NCBI RefSeq assembly: GCF_006345805.1
Contig: NC_043005.1
Coordinates: forward strand, 45,880,001-45,944,000
Direction: 5' to 3'
Length of the DNA: 64,000 nt
From: Octopus sinensis
Lineage: Eukaryota
The notes beneath the pieces were generated by a model. That model did no database searches. It worked only from the letters and a program-made list of their open reading frames with translations, and was not told where the DNA came from. Shown piece after piece: positions 39,102 through 54,068 of this stretch (its first letter is position 1; every line of letters starts with the position of its first letter). The position numbers and the translations under genes were made by a program.

Positions 39102-39196
39102 AATATATAGCTTTCCCCATATTTATTAATACTACAGAGTATAAATAACCTCAAAATGAAATTACAATTATAAAATAGGCATGGAAAGATTTAAAG

Positions 39197-39229
<33 letters not shown>

Positions 39230-42217
39230 TGGAAGAGAAACAGAATACGCTCCAGCAGAAATAACTTCATGTATTAGGTAGAAATTTGATTGATCATTTG
39301 CTATGAATGACTGACTGCAATCTAACTGTTGAACAATCTAGGAGGAGGAGGTGGTGGTGGTGGTGGTGGTGGTTTTAGTGGTGGTGTTGGCTGGAGGTCT
39401 CTCATACTTGCAGTCTTTCTCTTTCTCATCCTTCTCTTTTGCTAACTCCATTTCATGTCCACTCTCTTATTTGCTTTCACTGGAAGCTTTTACTTCATGC
39501 ATAATGAACACACATACACGCTGATTTTATTATATATATATGTATGTATGTGTGCAACTCTAGGCATGACTTGATATGATTAAATCTATCTATCTATCTA
39601 TCTATATGTGTGTGTCGGGGGGGAGGAAGAGAGAGAGAGAAAGAGAGAGAGAGTAACTTCAAATGAGAACTCAGACAATGATAACCCATCTAAGCACATA
39701 TTTAGTATAGAAAGTGGAATAAAAATGCTGGTGATGATGATGATGATGTTGAGATATGGAATGAGGGAAGAAAGGATGAAAGAAGATAAGTAGACAGAGT
39801 AACAGACAGGCAGATGGATTATTTATTCATAGTTAAGCTTGTGTGTGTTTCTACTCTGAGTTTCTCGATTCCACTCCTCGGAGATATTCTAAATTATTCA
39901 CCCACACAGACTCGGCTCTGAATAATAATATTCTATTCTAACAGTATTGAGTATGCCTTTTTTATTATTTATTTATTTACTGAATTCCGATTTACACCAG
40001 TGGGAACCATCATTCACTATCTCCTCACTCATCCTCTTTTCCATTCACTGCATTATTCTGCCAGTGGAACAGTTAAAGGTAGTACCTGTTACAACATATT
40101 TCTGCACTGCCAATCATCACTCTCTTTCCCCTAAGTTATTTGTTACTGACATCCATCACTTGCTCTTAATATTGATTATCTCCACTCTCAGTTATTATCC
40201 CTCACTGTATCTTTCCCTCTTCTTACACTCTTTACATCCTTCAGCCACCCTTCTTGATTCTTATGTTATCACTCTTCTATTCACCTTCTCAGACACATTT
40301 AGCTTTAGGTTTCAACATCATAGGGTAGCAAGGACTCAGTAGTCTTACATGATACAAGTCCACCTCAGTAGTTCTGGAGGCATGATAAAATGTATCTAGT
40401 GCACTCAGTAAAATGGTCAGTAAATAAACAGTAACAATGTAGAGACAAGAGGACTCTTTGGTGTTGGCAAGGATATGGCAACCTCTCTAGTGCTGGTTAC
40501 ATGCTGAAATACACAGTGCACTTTCTAATGTGGTTGTTTAGAAGGAGAGCAAACAATAAAGCAACCAGGTCAGAAGTGAAACATTCAAGCAAAATATTAT
40601 ATTCTGTTCTGTGTAGGAGTGAGGAGGAGTAACTAGGAGTATGAATTGACTCAGATCGTGATGACCAAGGAAACCCATGCTATAATAGAAACTGGATGTA
40701 AAATGATGATGAACCTGCAGTTATCTATATAACAATTGCATATATAAAGCACAGGCATGGATGTATCGTAAGAAGCTTGCTTCTCAACCATATGGTTCTA
40801 GCTTCAGTCCCACTTGAGAAAGTGTCTTCTACTATAGCCCTGGGCCAACCAAAGTACCTTGTAAGTGGACTTGGTAGACAGAAACTGAAAGAAGCCCATT
40901 GTGTGTGCGTGTGTGTGTGTGTGTGTGCATGACAATCAGTGTTGGTTTGTTTATGTCCAGGTAACCAAGTGGTCCAGTAAAAGATAGTCATAGAATAAGT
41001 ACAAGGTTTAAGAAAAAAAAAAAGGAAGTACAGCATGACCACAGTCTAATAATTGAAATAGGTAAAAGGTAAAACATAAGTATGAAATAATCATTCCACC
41101 TCCATTATTAGTTTTTCAATGTGAGCATGTTATATAAGCACTGCAATATATTCCACATTCATGTCTCCCAATTCTATGTAATTTCTTTTTCTGAAGTTTT
41201 GTTTGATGGCTTTGCATCATAAGGTCCTTCTTCAGTCAAAAACAAAAAGCAAGGTGCAACCCATAGTATTATAATTTCTGATACCCTATGTCTCTACCCA
41301 GATATACACTCTACATGCTGATATACAGTAACTATGTTGCATGCAATCTGACAGTCTGGGTATAGCGTACACACTTTCTCCACTGTTTAATTTATTTCCA
41401 TCTTTTGTTGTTGGCAGCCCCGAGGGAATAAACCTCAAATGTGTTCCAGCTGTGTTTGTTCCACATATTGAATCTGTCTCACTACCTTTAAAACAGCAGG
41501 GTATGATTTGGGGATGATTTGGCTGTTTTTTTTCTGGCAGTTTAACAACTATGACAAGGCTCTCTCTCTCTCTCTTCTAATTTATATATAAACTTTATTT
41601 CCCCCATAAATTCCCTGTAGGTGGTATTGGAGCTGAGACTCAAGTGGTTTCTTTGCCTAAAACCAACAACTCAATTATGAAAAGTGATTTCAGTGAACAA
41701 AATATAAAATGCTTTTATATGAATGTAACAGATTGAACTTTACACATAAAACTTTAAATTCACAAACACTTGCCTCCAGTGAACTGCAATAAGATATATT
41801 TATAGCACATGATATAGAGCCAAAATTAACAAGAATATCTGACTTAAAAAAAAAGAAACATTGAGTGCTTGTACAAAGGAGCCAAGCTTTCAGTTTGGAT
41901 TGAGTTCCTAATAATCAACTATGGGCAATTGTATTTGCCATGGAGAAGTGAAAAAGTGTTCAATTGCTGTTGATCCCTGTTGAAATAACCAGTTATTAAT
42001 GTCGGCTGAATTGACCAGTAATCATGACAGAATTCAAGTGGAATCAACTAGAACAATTTACTGAAGAATCTACAATTACCAGGAAGTCAAGAATTGATTG
42101 CAACCAGTTCTAGTCGATTAATAAGTTCTAGGCAGCAAACACGGTGTTGTGAATGTTTTACGTCTATATACAGATATATACATATACATACATATTTATA
42201 CACACATACATATATAT

Positions 42218-42250
<33 letters not shown>

Positions 42251-42898
42251 CATATATACACACACACACACATATATATATATAAATAAATATATATAAA
42301 TAAATAAAAGAATATTCTTCAAAACTGAAGTCTGACCAACAAAAATCCTAGAGTTCCAGCATTATCTAATATTAGAAAAATAGCCACCAAAGTAGATAAA
42401 AATGTATATAACAAGTCTCTCCTTTCTCTCATTCTCTTATCCACTTCCATTAACTCTCAGGATTTCTCTCTCTTTCTCATCTGTCCCCATTAACTATCAG
42501 TGTTCCTTTCTCTCTCTCTAAGATCACTATTCATATCTCCTACTTTCTCCTTTTCTTTATCTTATTATTTTTCTCTAACCAGTCTATTTCTTGCATTATA
42601 ACCTTCTAAAGTATTCTTTTGTTTTTTCTGCTTTCTCTCTCTCTCTCCTATTATTTCTGACATCCACTCTACCCTCTTTCTCTAGCTTTACTATCAAATT
42701 ATTTTCTTACACTACCTCTAATTTCCAATGCCTTGTGATTGAGTCTGGGAGATGGCAACTGAGAGGAAGCCAAACATTATATAAATACAGGGTGTTTGGG
42801 CTAAATTTGAGTTTGCATAAAAGAAAAGGGAAACACAATCTCCCCTTTGTGAGTGGATTTGGCAGATGGAAACTAAAAGAAGCCCATCACACACACAC

Positions 42899-42959
<61 letters not shown>

Positions 42960-43280
42960 GAAAGACCCCCTTTGGTCATGAATGACCATGGGATTGCACC
43001 TAGAAAGTTTCCCTTCAAGGCACAAGTCTAGGCAAGGTTGTTCATGGAAGACCAGCAGTCACCCATGCATACCAGCCTCTCCTCTCCATGCCACCAATGT
43101 TATCCAAGGGAAATGCCAATACTGCTTAGCACCAGCAACATCGCAACTCACTTCTACAGCTCAGTGAACTGGAGCAACATGAAATAAAGTGTCTTGCTCA
43201 AGAACACAACACAGCCTGATCCAGGAACCAAACTCACTATCTCATGATTGTGAGGCCAATGCTCTCACTCTAACCTCCGA

Positions 43281-43324
<44 letters not shown>

Positions 43325-43929
43325 CAGGATCCAATTGAATCAAGGTATTTTAATGATAAGGACACCAAGTTAGGTCAACAGTATATATGGACACTCACAC
43401 ATGTACTAAGTTATATATGGACTTGTCCTGAAACTTACTACACAACCACAGAGCAGATCAATATAAATGTTAAATTTGAGATTTAAATTTTTATTCACCT
43501 GAAGAAAACTGCTTTTTCATGATGTAATTGATATGTTCATTAATAAAAATAAAAAAGCATCTGAAACAGCTGTAATGAACCTCAAGCTATTTGTGTTCAT
43601 ATGTATGTACATATCTGTGTCTATGTATGTATGTATGTATGTATGTATGTATGTATGTATGTATGCAGGTGTGTGTGTGTGTGTATGTATGTATGTGTGT
43701 GTGCGTGTGCGTGTGTGTATGTATGTATGTATGTAAATGTGTGTTCTACCACCACTTGACAACTGTTATTGGCTTGTTTATGTCCTTGTAACTTGGCATT
43801 TCAGCAAAAAGACACCAATAGAATAAGTGCCAGGTTTAAAAATAAGTATTGGGATTGATTTGATTGACTAAACACTTCAAGGCAGTGCCCCAGCATGGCC
43901 ATAGTCCAATGACTGAAACCGGTAAAAGA

Positions 43930-44470
43930 ATGCTGATAGTGATGGTGACAAGGAAGCTGTGGTGCTGATGAAGGTAGTCATTGGTTGTGGTGGTAGTGGA
44001 GGTATTAGTAGTTGTGAATGGAGCCAGTAGTGGTGGCGGTGGTGATGATGATGCAGGTAGTGAGAAACAATGGGATTAGAAGTTGGTAATGATGGTGGAG
44101 ATGGTGGTAATAGTAGTAGCAGTGCTGGTGGTAGTGGTGGTGGGCATGGAAAGTGATGAAAGCAGATGTGATGGTGAAGGACACAGTAGTAGTAGTAGTA
44201 GCGGTGGTGGTGGTGGTATGGGAAGTAGTGATGGCAATGGAGTGGAGCTGGATGGGAGGCGGGGCAGCAGCAGCAGTGGTGATGGACTCTGTGGTAGTGG
44301 TGATGATAGTGGGGGATGGGGTGAGGGGTAGGGAATAGAAGCAACAACAGTTAGTAGTGATGAAAAATATGATTAATGTTCTGCACACAATTGCAGTGGT
44401 GGTGATGGTGGTGGTAGTGGTGGTGGTGTTACCTGGCCATCATGGTAGTGATGACAGCAGTAGTCATTAC
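43930..44470. repeat. Degenerate (GGT/GAT/AGT)n low-complexity tract
   Basis: Imperfect purine-rich trinucleotide repeats; a similar tract lies at about 55440-55910. Confidence 0.85.
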
Positions 44471-45321
44471 AATGGCACTAAGGTCCATGTTACTTGGTTC
44501 TATTTCAAATGTCAGTCATCATGAAGGTGATGGTAGTGGGACTAGTGTTAATTGTTGGGGTTAGCAAAAACTAAATAAATCTATGCCAGCACTGACTCTA
44601 CTATTTTGGTAATGCTATTTATATAAAGCTTACCTGGTTATTACCATCCATTTTAACTGAAATACAAGAGTTTGCATGGAAATGCTATGTAGGTTATTAT
44701 TATTATTATTATTATAATATATATATACATATATATATATAAATATATTATACATAGTAAGAGATTGTAGCAGAATATAACTTAATTATGAGACAGTTTA
44801 TAAAAGTTGATGCACACGTGTGTGTGGGGGGGGGTAAAGTTGTGTTGATTGTGTGAAAGAACTGACTAAGAATGTACTATATGCCTTGTTGCAGAGAGAT
44901 GTACTTTTAACAGTACAGATTCATGAATGAAAATTTCCAATACTATGCCTTGTTATTTACTCCTAGTTCAGCCTCTATCCATCATCAAATATATTTCATA
45001 TGTGATCATTTTGTTATTTGTTATCCTCCCCAACTCCACCCCAGATAATTTGTTCTTCTGCTTTCATGATGGTGTGATTGAATTTGAAGGAGATTTGGTT
45101 GCTATTTCTAGCAGATCAAATGACTACATAGAGGCTTAATTCCCACGATGGCTTGAACAGTAAAACCATCTTAGTATAAATCCCTGAATGATTTCTTGAA
45201 TATACTTTTAATAGTAACAGTCCATTTATGGTTTCTAGAAATATATTTATAATAATGTTCCATTCTTGTTTCCAGAATAAATTCTAAAAAAAAAAAACTG
45301 TTAACATCTTGTAGAATATAC

Positions 45322-45700
45322 TATCCATCCATCTTTTCTACTCACTATTCCTGGGAGAGTTGTGAGGGCAGAGATCTCAGACACCTGCTACGAAGGGTTC
45401 TTTCACAAGGGACAATCAGACTTTGTGGCCGGATTATCAAGCATGACCAACTGAGACAATGAATATTATCCAACCACTTTGTTCTTAGTCCACTCTTGAG
45501 GCGCCAGTGAGTTGGCTCAGCTTGAAGAATCTGTCTTGCAATACTTACCTGTGGCATTCTAATGACATGTCTATAATACTGGAGCTGTGACCTCTCATTC
45601 CAGAGAAGTAGTGGCTCAACTCTGAGAGACTCCCTAATCTCTGAGTTATGTTCCCTGCTGAGTAACATTACCCCAGAGACCCTTTGGAGGAACCCCATTT
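45322..45700 (-). mobile_element. Decayed RTE-1/Expander-like LINE 3' end
   Basis: ORF MGFLQRVSGVMLLSREHNSEIRESLRVEPLLLWNERSQLQYYRHVIRMP resembles the RTE post-RT domain and is followed by a (GATG)n-like tail. Confidence 0.8.
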
Positions 45701-48700
45701 CTGCTACTTGTATTCACAATTATACTCTGTAGGCCATAACTCAACTTTCATGGCCATATGTGAAATAAACATGGAAACCAAGTTGAAGATAACAAAAATG
45801 GCCTTTTTTAATCACACTTTCAACCAGAAAGAGTAAATAATGCTTTATAGAATATACTTATAATAGTAAAGGTCTACAAATGCTTAGAAACTGTGCCAAC
45901 AGTCCAATAAATTATGTATGAGAGAGCTGGGTTAATGGCTGGACATATTTAGTCTTAATTAATAAACAAACAAGAAGTCTTCAAAACCAAGACCAGAGAC
46001 AGAAAAGTAACCTGAATGAGATATACGATGTACATTCCAATCTCTTAAGTTCAATTCAATCAACATGCTCTGGTCTGATGAGGAAATTAGTTTGAAAAAC
46101 GATTTTTTCAATCTAATGAAGTTAATTTCTGGGCCGTGGAGAGCTGTTGCTGATTTTAGAACTAAAATCTACTGATGTTGAAAAATAAAAAAAGACCATA
46201 CTGCAGAAAGAACAATTTAATACAATTACACATTTTATGCCCACCCAAGTCAATTATGTATGCACGTGTATAGGTATCTGCATGTGCACACATATTTATC
46301 TGTTCATACATACATCTTAATGCATATATATATATGTATGTATGTATGAATGAGCATGTGTTACGAAAGGCATCTAGCCATAAAACTAAACCAACATGAA
46401 ACTTCTGAGTGAGATATGGCCCTTCAACTAAAATCAATTTAGGAGAGTAGTAATCACCCATCCAACTCCTGCCAGTATGGAAAGCAGACGTAATACAATG
46501 ATAATAGCATATATATGTCAGTAGAGCTTGATGCAGTCCTTTGGTATGCCACCTCCTGCTAAACCATCTAACTGCTGTCAGCTTAGAAAATAGACATTAA
46601 ATGAGAACAATGATTTTATAAATATATTCTATGTCCAAGTATATTTCAACTGGCAACAAGATTATATTTATAAACATAACTGATTAGTGCTTTTATTCCA
46701 TATTTTGTTTATGGTGAGCCACTGATTGACACAACCAGTCTCAGTGCGAAGTCAAGAACATAATGAGAGCTATCCAACTCTTGTCAGTTTGTAGCATTTC
46801 CCTTTCTGGTATCTGATGCTGAAGAAGAAATAACCACTCCAAAATACATGTATCCCTTAGTCTAGTTAGAGAGCACTTCAAACTGACTTGGTGTGTGTTT
46901 ACACTTGCTTGTCTACAGCAAGAAATTTTCTCCATAACTAAATACAGTGAATGGCTTCCTTACAAGTTCGAATATGCCCCAAGAATATTTTAACAGGTAA
47001 CAAGTTTGTATTTATACACATCACTGCTTAATACTTCCATTCTACACACACACATACTTGTGTGTGTATATGCATGCATGCAACAGATCCTGCAACTGAG
47101 TTGTTCAATCAATGGAGTGGTCAACTCAAAAGTTTCCTATGTAAGTGGCTCGAGTATATCACAGACACATTCTCATGTAATTCTCATGTTGAATCAGTGT
47201 AACAAATTGTGACAAGGATGGATCTTTGAATTACAGGCACAGTTTACATCCAGCAAGCTTCTACACAATTTCTGACAACCTAGTTTCACTCACAAGGCTT
47301 AGGTTAATCAGAGACTTTTGTAAAAGACATTTGCCTCAATATGCTATGCAATGAAATTGAACCTGGGACTTCAAGATTCTAAAGCAAACTTCTTCACAAC
47401 TTAGTCATGCTTGCTACACATATATTTAGCAGGAATAGCGAAGTAGTGTAAGTGGAAAGCATGACCACATAGCTACTTCTTTCATGCCATATATATGTAT
47501 GCATACATACATAAACACAAATAAGTACTCATTAGAAGAATTCTAGATCACAATATTCTAATAGTTATTGATTCTTGCTTGGTGCCTGCACTTTACCAAA
47601 CATGTTTGCATCAGAAGTCAACTGTACAATACAATAGATATTTAGTGAAGAGGCCTGACTCACTGCTAGTCATTCAGTACGTTGGAAAACAAACGTACTA
47701 TAACTGACCTGGTCTGACTCATACTTAGTACAGTGTATCTACTAAGATGCAGAATGGTGTAAGTAATAGTAAAGTGAGCTGCATGATTGGTAAGTTTACA
47801 TTCTTAATGAACTAATCTATTTAGTATCTTTTCATGTGAGACTTCTAAGTTATATATTAGTCAAATAATTTGATCAAACACCAGATTCAATACTGCTCCA
47901 TTGAATGCTAACTTAATTTTCCTTGCAAAGTTGTTTCCCATGCCTGTCTGGCCAGAATTAATTTTCAAGCTAATTGTTTTTACTTTCTCACAATTAGTGT
48001 AATACTGGTTTCAAATTCTGGCACAAGGTCAGCAATTTCAGAAGAAGCGATAAGTCACTTACATCAACCTCAGAGTTCAACTGGTACTTCTTTTATCAAC
48101 CTCGAAAGGATGAAAGGCAAAGTCAACCTTAGCAGAATTTGAACTCAGAATGTAAAGACAGATGAAATGCCACTAAGCATTTAGCTCTGCATGCTAACAA
48201 TTCTGCCAGCTTACCAACATGCAGTGAGTGCAATACTTATCAAAATATCTAGTTCATCACAAATATTCAAGTGCTGACTTTACCATAATCTAATCAAATG
48301 TTTACTTAAACTCTTTAACATTTAAACTGACTATATGCGACCAAAATATTCTACATGCTTTGAGTTCAAATTGGCCAGATCTGGCCTCTCACACCTATCC
48401 TACTAGGTGATCCTAAAAATGATCAAACTTTTGAAGCTATTTTGGGGGAAGGGATAAGTCAATTACATCAACTCCAGAGTTCAACTGGTACTTCTTTAAG
48501 TGGCTGAATATACCACAGACATGTGTACCCTTTGCATAATTCCCTAGTGGAACCTGCATGACAGTGTGACAAGGTTGGACCTTTAGGTTACAGTTTCAAG
48601 AAGCTTCTGAACAGTTTCCATCAGTCCAATCTCACTGTCCCTTGGTTAATTCAAAACAATGTTAATAAGCATTATATGTGACAGAGTAAGCTGAATGTTA

Positions 48701-51593
48701 AAGTGTTTATGGATATTGTGATGTATAAACTATTTGTTAGTTATGAACTAATGTAACTCACAGTTGTGAATACATATATATGAAAACATACATAAATACT
48801 TTCTACAAAATAAAGGATCCCTAAAGGACAGTATGAAGCACTGGTTTCATGTTCATGATAATAATAATAATAATAACAGCACTCAGAGAACGCAAGCCTC
48901 CGCCAAGGCAACACCAACATCCTCTCAATGATTAACCAGAAATGATTTTTAAAATGAAAATATCTGAAATGAACTTGAATACTCTCACAAATGAGAATAC
49001 TAAAAATGAACCTGACCGCTCTCAAAAATTAAGTAAAAAAACAGGAAAAATAGTCCAGAAAACTTGTCCAGTGTAGGATCAATCTCAAAGTCTAATCAGT
49101 TTGTGCCAGTTAGAAGGCCAAATACACCTGAAAGTTTCATCAAAATCCATCCCGTGGTTCTTTAGATAACTTGTCGATGGACAAATAAACACAACTAAAA
49201 ACAATACCTCCACCTTGGCTAAGCAGAGGTAATAATAGTCAATGGAGGCCTGCTGGTTTTATTTTTTATACTAGTTTCAGTCATCAGACTGCGGCCATGC
49301 TCAGGCATCACCTTGAAGAATTGTAGTTGAATGCATCAACCTCAGGACGTTTTATTTTCTTTTAAACCTGGTACTTATTCTATCAGTCTCCTTTACTGAA
49401 CTGCTAGGTTGTGGGAATGTAAACACACCAACACCAGTTGCCAAGTGGTGGTGGGGAACAAATGTAAAGACACATGATGGGCTTCTTTCAAATCCATATA
49501 TATGTGCATACACACACAACAGGGTTCTTTCAATTTCTGTCTACTAAATCCACTCACAAGGCTTATAGCAAAAGACACTTGTCCAAGTGCCATGTAGTGG
49601 GACTGAACCAAGAACCATATGGCTGGGAAGCATAGCTGTGTGTTAAGATTGATGATGAATTTTCAGTAGTTCAATCAACTCAACTTCCAGCTCATTGAAT
49701 TAACCTGTAAGTGGCTGAATATACCACAGACTGTGTACTCTTTGCCTAATTCTCTGGTGGAACCAGCATGACACAGTGTTACAAGGCTGGACCTTTAAGT
49801 TACAGTTACAAGAAGCTTCTAAACAGTTTCCATCAGTTCAGTTTCACTCACAAGGCTTGAGTTGTCTTAAGGCTTTGGTAAAATGCACTGGTACAAGATG
49901 CTATGCAAAGATCGATTACTTCTTTAAAAAGTAACATTCCTCCATAATCTGGCAATTATTGAAAACAACTTGGTGAAGTGAAGCTGTGTTCAATGTGCTC
50001 TTCCCCAAAATAAAACAAAATATTTATAGCAGATTTGAACTCATAATCTATGAGTAAGTAGTCCAATACCTTATTCACCCAGCCATTCTACCTCTACTGT
50101 AGTAAATGGTAGATATTTTTGTAGTACAGAGCAAGCCTAACTGAAATAGAGCAAATATTTTATACCGTTCATATTGTCTTCAACATCATCATGACCAACA
50201 CTACTATTTGATTAACCTCCCTTCTGCTTCTGATACTATTTTCATCCCCACCTCCGTTTATGGACTGGCATATATGTAGCATTACACTGTTTCCTGCTGC
50301 CATGGCTCAATGAAGTCAGTAAAGTGATATTTCTTTGTTTCCACTTCACTGGAGCAGCTTTAAGTTCTTCAAATCAAATTTTAAAGTACTTTATTTTCTT
50401 TCTTTCAAACTCTAAACTCTCTAACACTCATCTTTAATTAGCTTTTATCCCCAAATGTCATTGTGTAATTAATTACACAACTAATCTCCTTAATTCTCCA
50501 CTATCATTACTCTTCCATTCCTTTTCCTTACTACCTACATCTTACCAGATTCTTGAGAATCTTTTTCCTTCAATGATTATCTTCCATCTTCAAAAATCAT
50601 TTGAGAAACTATTCTTTAAAAAAATCTTATGAATCTTCAAGAGAACTGAATTTTAAAACTGTTTTTTTTTTTAATATTTAATTAAAAATTTTAAGGATTT
50701 CTTAAATAAATAGCTTTTAATATAAAAATACAACACTATATTGTCAACATTGGTTGTCCTCATTTGTTGAATCCATATGACTGGCACTCATTCTATGGAG
50801 TCTGACATCCAAAGGGAGAAAGCCAAAATAAGCCTAGTCGAGAAGATGTTGAAGGTTGAAAACTAAAACATTTAGAAGATAAGGCCAGTGAGTGGATTGG
50901 CAAAAACATTAGAGCATCAGACAAAATGCTCAGCAGTATTTGTTCCTGTTGTTTATGTTGGACTCAAATCCTGCTGAGCTCAAGTCTTTCAACCTTCATA
51001 AGTCAGTAAAGTCTCAGTCAAATACTAATATTCATATAATCAACTAACTTTCACCTCCAATCAATTTCTGGCATTATGCCTAAAGAAGCCAGTGGAATGG
51101 TGGTAGTGATACTGAAGTGAACTAAATATTGGTTGCAAATTTTGACACAAGGCTAACAATTTGGTGGGGAGGGGGCTAGTCAATTACATCTATCCCAGTG
51201 TTCAACTGGTACTTATTTTATCAAGCCCAAAAGGAAGAAAGCCAAAGTGAAAGAATTTGAACTCAGAATGTAAAGACAGAAGAAACGCCACTAAGCATTT
51301 TGTTTGACACACTAAAGATTCTGTTAGCTCACTGCCTTGAATAACAATAGTAATAATTCCTTCTACTCTAGGCACAAGGTCTGAAATTTGGTGGTACTGG
51401 CAAGTCAATTACATTGACCCTAGTACTGCTCAACTGGTACTTATTTCATCAACCCCCAAAAGGATGAAAGGCAGAGTCAACCTCAGTAGAATTTGAACTT
51501 AGAACATGAAGACAGAAGAAATGTCACTAAGTATTTTGCCAGGTGTGCTAACAATTCTGACAGTTTGATACCTTGTAGTGAACTAAATATTAA

Positions 51594-51812
51594 CCTTTTA
51601 GCATTTAAACTGGCCATATCTGGCCCAAATATTCCACTTGTTTTACGTTTGAACTGGCCAGGTCCAACTTTTCACAGCTACCCTACAATGTCACTCTAAA
51701 ATAAACAATCACATTATTGAAATCTTGAAGTTATGAGATAATCCATGATTAATTAAAAACAATGTGAATACACAAACATTACATCTGATGGAGTAATCTG
51801 AATACTAAAGGG
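51594..51812. mobile_element. TTAA-flanked MITE, family A
   Basis: TTAA|CCTTTTAGCATT ... AATACTAAAGGG|TTAA; reverse orientation relative to 53018-53223. Confidence 0.82.
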
Positions 51813-53017
51813 TTAAAGAGCAATTAGTTGCATACCTTCACATTCTAGGATCAAATTCCACCAGATCTAACTTTTACCTTTCACTCTCTGGGATCAATAA
51901 ATGACAGGCACATAATACAGTTAATTAAATCAAAACAATTGCACTATGAAATAGATTATAAGACTTTTTTGGAACATTTTTTTTTGTTAGCTTTGTCAGA
52001 GTAGGAATGACAGGCCCTAATGATCTTTACCTGAGTTTCTATGACCAATGAGAAAAAAGGAAAGGTGTTGCTCTCAGATCACAACCCTAGCTTGTAACTT
52101 CACTAAAGACTCCCAAGTGTCAGCATGTGATGATAAATTATGCCTACCATCCAAGAAGAGGAATGGTCCTCCAATAGGCTTCCACACAGTTTCTGCCCCA
52201 CAAATATTTCACTTGAGGCTTTGACTGACCCCAAAGCATGATTCCACACAGCAGAATTGAGCTCAAAACCAAGTAGAGGCAAAAACAAATTTCTTAGTCA
52301 CACAACAAGGCCAGTAATGAAGCAAATGAACCTAATATGAATGTTAGGAATCATGACTGATGTTAATAAACAAGGTAAAGATGTGTTACTCTGAAATCAA
52401 TTATTTTAACTGCTTACTTGTTTCAGTCATTAGACTGCAGCCATGCTGGGGCACCATCTTGAAGAAATTTTAGTCAAATGAATCAACCCTAATACTTTTT
52501 TTACCTTTTTTAAAGCATGGCACTTACTCTATTGTTCTCTTTTGCTGAACTGCAAGGTTACAGGTATGTAAACAAGCCAGCAGAGGTTGTCAAGCAGTGA
52601 TGAGGAAAAAGACACACACACACACACGATGGGCTTCTTTCAGTTTCCGTCTATGAAATTCACTCACCCAAGGTGCCATGCAGAAGGACTGAACCTGGAA
52701 TCATATAGTTGGGAAGCAAACTTCTTACCACTCTGCCACACCTGTGCCTATTGAATCAGTTACCTTTCCCTAAGTGATAAAACATGGAAAACTAACATAC
52801 AGAGGCTGATTATATTGCAGCTTACTCGTTAGAAGAAATCAAGTTAATTCATCTGATGTCATGTAATTAATAATGCATTAAGTATTGTATCAGTTTCATT
52901 ATACTGCTTCTGCAACAGTTTTCCATTTGTTGTTTCCAATGCACAAAATCCTGACACACCTGAGAATGTGGCATAATCCTCTTTCTCAGTCTTGTGTCAA
53001 TTCCACAGACATTTTAA

Positions 53018-53223
53018 CCCTTTAGAATTCAGATTACTCTATCAAATCTAATACTCATCTATTTATATTGTCTTGAATTAATCATACATTACATCATGGC
53101 TTTCAGATTTCAATGATGTGCTTGTTTATTTTTACTATGACATTGTAGAATAGGTATGAAATGTTTGAACAAAAAAGAGGTATAATATTTTGGCTGGATA
53201 TGGCTGGTTTGAATGCTAAAGGG
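53018..53223. mobile_element. TTAA-flanked MITE, family A
   Basis: TTAA|CCCTTTAGAATTC ... GAATGCTAAAGGG|TTAA. Confidence 0.85.
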
Positions 53224-53615
53224 TTAAACTATTTTATATCATTTCTTTTTGTCTACTTAACATACTTTTAACTGTACTGAGTACAGGTGATTTCCACTTT
53301 GGAAATGGCACCTTTACCTGACCCAAATACTCTTACTACTGATTCAGTAAAGCAGATTGATACACAACCAGCAGGATTGATAGACCTTACACTGAACAAA
53401 CCAATATAGGCTTTTAGTTAAAAAGTTTTCCAACTCATAGTTTATTAAAACAGAGTTGTCTAATCATGGCATTCTTATTTTTAGAAAAATATCTCATGGC
53501 TGTGTGGTAAGAAGCTTACTTCCCAAGCACATGGTTCCTTGGCATGGTTCTTCTACTATAGCCTTTGACTGACCAAAGCCTTGTGAGTGAATTTGGTAGG
53601 CAGAAACTGAAAAAA

Positions 53616-53844
53616 GCGGCGAGCTGGCAGAAACATTAACACACCAGGCGAAATGCTTAGTGGTATTTCGTCTGTCGTTATGTTCTGAGTTCAAATTCCG
53701 CTGAGGTTAACTTTGCCTTTCATCCTTTCAGGGTCGATAAATTAAGTACCAGTTATGCACTGGGGTCAATGTAATCGACTTAATCCCTTTGTCTGTCCTT
53801 GTTTGTCCCCTCTATGTTTAGCTCCTTGTGGGCAATAAAGAAAT
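53616..53844 (+). mobile_element. SINE family B, inserted within a family-A SINE
   Basis: GAGCTGGCAGAAAC...GTTCTGAGTTCAAATTCCGC (B-box-like)...CATCCTTTCAGGGTCGATAAATTAAGTACCAG...AATAAAGAAAT. Other copies, approximate: 3390-3590+, 8165-8345+, 12309-12488+, 48010-48220-, 51150-51330-, 51370-51560-, 56700-56915+. Confidence 0.82.
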
Positions 53845-54068
53845 ATATATATATATATATACACATACACACACATGCACATACATGTGTGTGTGTCTCG
53901 TCACTGCTTGACAGCTGATGTTGGTATGTTTGTCTTTGTAGCTTAGCAGTTTAGCAAAAGAGTTCAACAGAATGAGTACCGGGTTTAAAAAATTAAAAAA
54001 TACTGGGGTCGATTCATTCAACTAAAATCCTTCAAGGTGGCACCTAAGCATGGCCTCAGTCTGATAAC

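Noticed and set aside
43877-44388. His/Thr/Val/Gly-rich ORFs on both strands (also 55452-56037)
   Set aside because: By-products of degenerate trinucleotide tracts.
46075-46150. CTGATGA plus nested hairpins ending GGCCGTGGAGAGCTGT, faintly like the 27743 ribozyme
   Set aside because: The GAAA core is absent and pairing is ambiguous; at best an unrecognisably decayed copy.
47645-47725. Two TGACTCA (AP-1-like) sites and a small GTACGTT/AACGTAC hairpin in non-repeat sequence
   Set aside because: Seven-mers occur by chance at this scale; no conservation or chromatin data are available to support an enhancer call.
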